A stretch of 64,000 nt of DNA from an uncultured delta proteobacterium (GTDB lineage Bacteria; Desulfobacterota; Syntrophobacteria; BM002). Positions 58,591-64,000 of this stretch are shown in pieces; positions within the stretch are counted from its first letter, which is position 1; each line of letters starts with the position of its first letter. The DNA is taken from positions 32,001-96,000 of the forward strand of contig CAVQGX010000046.1 in NCBI GenBank assembly GCA_963712115.1, written 5' to 3'. The notes beneath the pieces are model-generated. The model searched no databases and was not told where the DNA came from. It saw only the letters and a list, made by a program, of their open reading frames with translations. The translations under genes and the position numbers were made by a program.

Positions 58591-59130
58591 TCAAGTGGGA
58601 GCAGCGAGAGAGTGATCTTTGAGTTGTTCCATGAACTGGTAGCCACGGTAGACTTCCAGAACGTAATCCAGGTGAGGAATTCTCAGACTGCCGAGTACCC
58701 TTTGGGTGATCTCATGAACCCTCATTTCCTCTTGCTGACGCTCCGGGGGTTCAGCATCGAAGCGTTGGAGAAATTTACAGAAACGAACAATGTGAACCAA
58801 TTCGTGAGTAACCACATAGACACCGAGAGGAAGCAGTTTCACCCTTTCATCCCGTTCTACTGCCGCCATTATGTTTTGGTCTTGCAGACAGATCTTGAAG
58901 TAATCATAATGCCGTTGCCTGGAAAGGTCGTGGTCGGGTTTGCCACTGTAGCGGGTGATCTGGGCAAAGGCATGGTCTGCTACCTCATCCGGGCTGAGCT
59001 CAGCAAGAGTGCGGATATCGTAGCGCACATGTTTCCACTGGGCGGTGGAAATCTTGAAATGATTGGCCGTCACATCCTCAGCAACTTCCACCGCCTGAGA
59101 GACCACCTGGATTTCTGCTGGGCTGAACAT
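58591..59130 (-). CDS. Hypothetical protein with an HExxH metalloprotease-like motif
   Basis: VTHELVHIVRF ... EEMRVH. Confidence 0.65.
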   Translation of the reverse strand: MFSPAEIQVVSQAVEVAEDVTANHFKISTAQWKHVRYDIRTLAELSPDEVADHAFAQITRYSGKPDHDLSRQRHYDYFKICLQDQNIMAAVERDERVKLLPLGVYVVTHELVHIVRFCKFLQRFDAEPPERQQEEMRVHEITQRVLGSLRIPHLDYVLEVYRGYQFMEQLKDHSLAAPT

Positions 59131-59140
59131 GACCGTTAGC

Positions 59141-59458
59141 CTACTTGCCCTCAGCTGCTATTACCTCTTCCACCCATCCCATAGCGGCAATCATTGCCGG
59201 AAATCCTACCGTAGTCAGAGCCAGCAGCAAGGCATGATAGATTTCTGCGGTGGAAGCTCCCTGCTCAAGGGCTTTACGGGCATGAGACTTCACAGCCCCC
59301 GGAGAGACCGCACCTACAGCGATTCCCAAATTAATCAAATACCGTGTCTTGGCATCCAGAGGTCCGGCTGATTGGCACTTGGCTCCCAACTGTTCATAGA
59401 GTTTGGCAATGTCGGGATACTGACTCTCAAATTTCTTGAATGGCTTAGGCAAGTACAT
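59141..59458 (-). CDS. Carboxymuconolactone decarboxylase family protein
   Basis: LDAKTRYLI, SHARKALEQGAS..EI, GFP. Confidence 0.88.
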   Translation of the reverse strand: MYLPKPFKKFESQYPDIAKLYEQLGAKCQSAGPLDAKTRYLINLGIAVGAVSPGAVKSHARKALEQGASTAEIYHALLLALTTVGFPAMIAAMGWVEEVIAAEGK

Positions 59459-59479
59459 TATTATCTCCTTTCGTTGTAC

Positions 59480-59551
59480 GCATAGCGCAGAGCGCCAAGC
59501 GCATAGCGGTAATCCATTTTAGGTTTTACGCTCCGCGCTATGCCCTTTGCG
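59480..59551. repeat. Inverted 7-mer array (GCATAGC / GCTATGC)
   Basis: gcatagc-gcagagc-gccaagc-gcatagc ... gctccgc-gctatgc-cctttgc. Confidence 0.8.
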
Positions 59552-59555
59552 TCTA

Positions 59556-60329
59556 TCACTCCGGCCAAACTGGCCCCCTTTTTTCCAAGAAAGAGGCCAT
59601 ACCTTCCCGAGCTACTGGCATCACCCCGTTAACCGAAATAACCTCACTGGCGTAGGCATAGGCCAGCCTTTCAGACATCTCAATCTGTCGGTAAAAGGCC
59701 TCCTTTCCTACTCCGAGGACTGTTCGGCTAAACTGGCAAATATGCTCAGCCAGTTTTTTTACAGTTTCATCGAGCTCCTCTGTTGGCACTACCCTGTTGA
59801 CTAGTCCAAACTGTAACGCTTCTTGAGCTGAGATGAACTCCCCGGTGAACAGCATCTCTAGGGCTTTTTTCCGACCCACTACTCGACTCAAAGGCACCAT
59901 TGGCGTTGTACAAAAGAATCCTATCTTCACTCCAGGGGTGGCGAAGCGCGCATCCTCGGTGGCAACCGCCAAATCACATGCCGCCACTAGTTGACAGCCG
60001 GCAGCGGTGGCAATTCCATGCACAGCCGCAATTACCGGTTGCGGAATCTCGCGCAGCAAGAGCATCATGTTCATACAGGTTGCGAAAATTTTACGATATT
60101 CATTCAGTCCACCATCTGCGAGTTCTTTCAGGTCATGCCCGGCTGAAAACACCGGACCGCTACCTCTGAGGATCACTACCCTCACCTCTTGGCGTCTCGC
60201 CAGATCTTTGAGAGCATGGCCCATCTCCTCTAGAGTGTTTAGGGACAGAGCGTTCCTCTTTTCCGGCCGGTTCAGAAGGATATTACTTATACGACCGTCA
60301 GTTTGGACCTGGATGTCCTTGTAATTCAT
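59556..60329 (-). CDS. Enoyl-CoA hydratase/isomerase family protein
   Basis: LNRPEKRNAL, FSAGHDLKE, ATAAGCQLVAACD. Confidence 0.9.
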   Translation of the reverse strand: MNYKDIQVQTDGRISNILLNRPEKRNALSLNTLEEMGHALKDLARRQEVRVVILRGSGPVFSAGHDLKELADGGLNEYRKIFATCMNMMLLLREIPQPVIAAVHGIATAAGCQLVAACDLAVATEDARFATPGVKIGFFCTTPMVPLSRVVGRKKALEMLFTGEFISAQEALQFGLVNRVVPTEELDETVKKLAEHICQFSRTVLGVGKEAFYRQIEMSERLAYAYASEVISVNGVMPVAREGMASFLEKRGPVWPE

Positions 60330-60340
60330 TGCTACTCCTG

Positions 60341-60475
60341 TTCGCTGTGGTCAGTTGTAGTTTCACTTCGTTCACCTTTTGGAGCGTGGTGCTTGGCGCA
60401 TGGAGTTTTCGTTTTAGCCCTATGCTCCATGCCCCATGCTCTATGCTCTATGCCGTTTACACAACAGACAACTGA
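60341..60475. repeat. Nested inverted 7-mer arrays
   Basis: gtcagttg ... ggagcgt-ggtgctt-ggcgcat-ggag ... tatgctc-catgccc-catgctc-tatgctc-tatgc ... caactgac. Confidence 0.75.
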
Positions 60476-60486
60476 CCTCCTAGATG

Positions 60487-60765
60487 TTATTTTCCTCTGA
60501 TTGCAGTTAGATATTTAATGATTATCTCCGCCTCTTCGTCGCTTATCCGATCACCAGCACGGGCTTTCATCCTCATCACCGTCTGTCGCCATTCCTCCCC
60601 ACTTTTGCTCATGCTCAAAGGCTTGTCGTAGGGATGGCACATAGAACAACGGTTTTCAAAAAGGGCTTTAGCATCACTATCCGCTGCTTTTATGTCCGCC
60701 GCCTGAATCAAGCTAAATGCAACCAACGGAACTAGGAACAATCCAATTTTCAATAAACTTCTCAT
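60487..60765 (-). CDS. Small monohaem c-type cytochrome
   Basis: Signal peptide; CSMCH; W..TV.RM. Confidence 0.85.
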   Translation of the reverse strand: MRSLLKIGLFLVPLVAFSLIQAADIKAADSDAKALFENRCSMCHPYDKPLSMSKSGEEWRQTVMRMKARAGDRISDEEAEIIIKYLTAIRGK

Positions 60766-60853
60766 TACAAATCCTCCTGCTTTAGGAATCTAAGGTGGTG
60801 CGGTCCGACAGAGACCACCGTCCGGTTGACATGGATAGAGTTTGCTGGTCTTT

Positions 60854-62437
60854 TTATGGAATAGCCAACAGTTGCACAGAATTAACGTTGGCAAGATCCA
60901 TAAGGTCTTCCATGGTCTTTTCGTCCACCGGGCTATCAACCCTGAGGAGCAGAACATTCTCTCCCGTTTCAATGATCTGGCCGGCTTTCCACATTGAGAT
61001 ATTGATATTGTGCTTGCCAAAGCAGGTGCCGATGCTCCCGAACGTCCCGGGCACATCTTCATTGTAAATGAGCACCAGATTTCCCCTCATGTCTGCCTCT
61101 AGAGAAATGTCATTGAAACGAACGAGCCTAGGTTCCTTTTTTCCAAACAACGTTCCCGAGGCCGATGTTTCTTCAGCCGTACTCCTCACCCGAATGGTAA
61201 TAAGATTCAGGTAATCCTGGGCCTCCTCACTCCGGGAATCCTTGACAAAAATCCCCCTTTCCCTGGCCAGAATCGGAGCGTTCACATAGTTTACCTCGTG
61301 TTGGAGGATAGGCTCCAAAAGCCCTTTCAGGGCTGACAGGGTGATAGGTGCTGTGTCCAGCTGAGCAACACCGCCCATGTATTCGATGGTCACCTCTTTC
61401 ATGGCGCCCTGAGTTGTCTGTCCCAGAAAAGACCCTAATCTCTCAGCCAATGTGAGGTAATGGCAAATCTCGCTCATAAGTTCGCAGGTTATCTGGGGAG
61501 TATTTACCGCATTACGAATGCCCCCAGCGAGAAGAAACTCTTTTATCTGCTCGGCCACGGACACGGCCACATTCTCTTGGGCTTCACCGGTGGAGGCCCC
61601 TAGATGGGGAGTGCAGATCACTTGATCTAATTTGAGAAGTGGATGGTCCCCGGGCGGTTCTTGTTCAAACACATCGAGGGCTGCCCCTGCTACCTTGCCA
61701 TTGGAAATTGCCTCATATAGGTCCTGCTCGCTGACAATGCCGCCCCGGGCGCAGTTAATTATCATGACACCGTCCTTCATTTTGGCGAAGGCCTCACGGT
61801 TGAGCAGTCCCTTTGTCTCCCTGGTGAGAGGTGTGTGTACGCTTATGTAGTCTGAGCTCTGGAAAAGCCGATCTAAATCAACGGGAACAACCCCCAGTTT
61901 CTGAATGGTCTCAGGCTCCATGTGGGGGTCGTAGGCAATCACTTGCATCCGCAACCCTAGGGCACGTTCGGCCACAATCCGTCCGATGCGGCCGATGCCC
62001 ATTATTCCCAAGGTTTTGCGGAATACTTCTTGTCCAAGAAATCTCTTTTTTTCCCATTTTCCGGTTTTCATAGAAGTGGTGGCTTGATGGATATTCCTGG
62101 ACAGGGCCATAAGCATGGCTATGGAGTGTTCGGCCGTGGTAATCACATTTCCATCAGGGGTGTTCATTACCACAATACCTCGTTTGCTCGCCGCCGGGAT
62201 ATCTACGTTATCCAGCCCTATTCCGGCTCGACCAATTACTCTTAGCCTCCCAGCCGCCGCAATTAGCTCCGAAGTCACCTTGGTGCCACTCCTGATGATT
62301 AGTGCCTCAGCATCACTGATAGCACTCTTGAGATCTTCCGGAGAAAGCCCGGGTTTGAATTCCACCTCGAATTCAGGGACACTGCTTAGCAGATCAATCC
62401 CTTTCTGAGCGAGGTTGTCACTAATAAGGATTTTCAT
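60854..62437 (-). CDS. serA: D-3-phosphoglycerate dehydrogenase
   Basis: GRAGIGLDNVD, GIGRIG, NCARGG, DVFEQEP, TPHLGAST; C-terminal ACT-like region. Confidence 0.93.
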   Translation of the reverse strand: MKILISDNLAQKGIDLLSSVPEFEVEFKPGLSPEDLKSAISDAEALIIRSGTKVTSELIAAAGRLRVIGRAGIGLDNVDIPAASKRGIVVMNTPDGNVITTAEHSIAMLMALSRNIHQATTSMKTGKWEKKRFLGQEVFRKTLGIMGIGRIGRIVAERALGLRMQVIAYDPHMEPETIQKLGVVPVDLDRLFQSSDYISVHTPLTRETKGLLNREAFAKMKDGVMIINCARGGIVSEQDLYEAISNGKVAGAALDVFEQEPPGDHPLLKLDQVICTPHLGASTGEAQENVAVSVAEQIKEFLLAGGIRNAVNTPQITCELMSEICHYLTLAERLGSFLGQTTQGAMKEVTIEYMGGVAQLDTAPITLSALKGLLEPILQHEVNYVNAPILARERGIFVKDSRSEEAQDYLNLITIRVRSTAEETSASGTLFGKKEPRLVRFNDISLEADMRGNLVLIYNEDVPGTFGSIGTCFGKHNINISMWKAGQIIETGENVLLLRVDSPVDEKTMEDLMDLANVNSVQLLAIP

Positions 62438-62578
62438 TTAATTTTGTCCTCCTGAAACTCTAATTTAATTTTTTCAAGAATAGCTTAGTTAAGCGAATAT
62501 ATACCTCCCAGACTGTTCCTAAGATGATTGTCCGTAGCCTAACTAGCTAATCTTGAGAGCGCAAGAAAAAAGTGGTCA

Positions 62579-63238
62579 TTATGTCTCAAAGCTTGTCTCC
62601 AGCTTTGGCGAGCCTAGCCGACGTCGCATCACATAAACAAGAAGGTAAACAAAAGGCGTATCTAGTAAGGCGATCCCCACTTTTACAACCCATTGTCCCA
62701 ATATGAGTGGCATCACCGGCATGGAACCATAGAAAGCAATGGTAATGAACACCACACTGTCCAATAATTGGGAGACAATCGTAGAGGCATTGTTCCGCAA
62801 CCATAGAAATCGTTCGGTAGTCACTCGCTTCCAGAAATGGAAGGCCCAGACATCATGATACTGACTGAAGAGATAGGCGGTTAGACTGGCTACCATTATT
62901 CGGGCGCTACTCCCAAGGATGGTCTGGTATGATTGCTGATGGGGCCAGAAAGAGGCTGGAGGCCATACAATACTTGCGGTTGTCAGGACAAAGACTAGCA
63001 CCAGAGTAATAAACCCGCCCATAACCACTGTCTGAGCCTGCTCTTTACCCCAGATCTCACTGATGACATCCGTGATCAGGAAGGTGAGGCAATAGGCTAA
63101 CACCCCGGCCGGAACAACTAGTGATCCCACCGCAATAATTTTGCTTGCCATCACAGCAGCAAGCACCAAGCTCCCGGCATAAATGCAAGCCAGTAGAGCC
63201 AGGTATTTTAGCCCTCGCTGCGAATCATTCGATGTCAT
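62579..63238 (-). CDS. Queuosine precursor transporter (QPTR/YhhQ, Vut_1 family)
   Basis: TFLITDVISEIWG, SQYHDV, WLRNNAST.VSQLLD; adjacent to queF. Confidence 0.9.
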   Translation of the reverse strand: MTSNDSQRGLKYLALLACIYAGSLVLAAVMASKIIAVGSLVVPAGVLAYCLTFLITDVISEIWGKEQAQTVVMGGFITLVLVFVLTTASIVWPPASFWPHQQSYQTILGSSARIMVASLTAYLFSQYHDVWAFHFWKRVTTERFLWLRNNASTIVSQLLDSVVFITIAFYGSMPVMPLILGQWVVKVGIALLDTPFVYLLVYVMRRRLGSPKLETSFET

Positions 63239-63635
63239 GAGCTTTATGCTCCACCCTTACAGTCAACCCTATCCCACCTCTGGGATTCATTTCACTTTCC
63301 ACCTCCATCCAGCGGGGACGGCATATTTCGACCAGATCGTCGAGGATGCGATTGGCCATATCCTCAGCGAACATGCCACTTTGCCTATAACTGAAAAGAT
63401 ACAGCTTCAGTGATTTGGACTCCAGACATTGACGATAGGGGATATAGGTTATGGTTATTCGGTAAAAGTCGGGTTGACCGGTGATTGGACACAAACTGGT
63501 CAATTCACTGGTGGTGAAAGTCACCTTGTAGCCCCGATCCGGATGGGGGTTGTCAAAAGTCTCCAATAGCTTTGGATTCACTTCGTATTCATACTTGGTC
63601 TCACCACTGCCAAGATGCCGGAAGTTATCAGTCAT
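63225..63635 (-). CDS. queF: preQ0 reductase (unimodular QueF)
   Basis: ELTSLCPITGQPDF, ESKSLKLYLFSY, PRGGI. Confidence 0.92.
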   Translation of the reverse strand: MTDNFRHLGSGETKYEYEVNPKLLETFDNPHPDRGYKVTFTTSELTSLCPITGQPDFYRITITYIPYRQCLESKSLKLYLFSYRQSGMFAEDMANRILDDLVEICRPRWMEVESEMNPRGGIGLTVRVEHKAHDIE

Positions 63636-63694
63636 CGTTCTTTCCCCCAAATCTGTAAGACATCAAAAGCTCACCACAGAGACTCACGGGAGAA

Positions 63695-63854
63695 AAATCC
63701 GAAATCCGAATATCTAAATCCGAAACAAACTCGAATTTCCGAAATCCAAATGACCAAAACACCGGACCTGTCTCTTTGGGTAGTCATGTTTTGAACATTT
63801 GAGCATTCGGATTTTAGATTTGTTTCGTGCTTCGGATTTAGGATTTAGGATTTT
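63695..63854. repeat. Long inverted repeat built from 7-mer AAATCCG-type units
   Basis: aaatccgaaatccgaatatctaaatccgaaacaaa...caaatgaccaaaac / gttttgaacatttg...tttgtttcg...cggatttaggatttaggatttt. Confidence 0.85.
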
Positions 63855-64000
63855 GAGTGTACACCCCCTATGTAATCTCTGTGTTTTCTCCGTTAGGAAT
63901 AACCGAATTTTAGAACCTTTTCTCCTGATGAGCAAGGATGTTCGCAGGCAAGGAAATATTTGTTGGCAATTTTAAGTTCACAAATGTTAACCTGGATGTT

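Noticed and set aside
63636-64000. preQ1 riboswitch upstream of queF
   Set aside because: No preQ1 stem-loop with an A-rich tail was recognised; the region is occupied by a repeat element.

Overview
64-kb chromosomal segment of an anaerobic Gram-negative bacterium. Gene content (B12 radical SAMs, HydB/NuoF-type module, monohaem cytochrome c, sigma54 pilin, FmdB) suggests Desulfobacterota/'Deltaproteobacteria'; this is an inference. The left half (about 1-33.7 kb, probably continuing beyond the left edge) is a large unusual-lipid biosynthesis and export locus. It has a type II FAS/PKS core: active KS, catalytically dead CLF-like KS, ACP, KR, a His-less DH, a thioesterase and an atypical AT. 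It also encodes four radical SAM enzymes (three cobalamin-type, one frameshifted), a radical acyl-CoA dehydratase/activase pair, GT2, acyltransferase, ATP-grasp ligase, methyltransferase, SRPBCC, deacetylase, three phosphoesterases, and an MMPL + LolA + Omp85/TolB-peptidase export set. The right half holds an orphan pilin/PilP-like pair, a HoxEFU/HydABC-like module without a catalytic subunit, and housekeeping genes (mltC-like, slyD-like, GGDEF, dinB, MFS, fabH, two histidine kinases, RsmF-like, serA, QPTR, queF). Many intergenic gaps carry nested inverted arrays of 7-, 8- and 9-bp tandem repeats or REP/MITE-like palindromes. No rRNA, tRNA, CRISPR array or transposase was recognised. All calls come from reading motifs by eye; no database searches were run.
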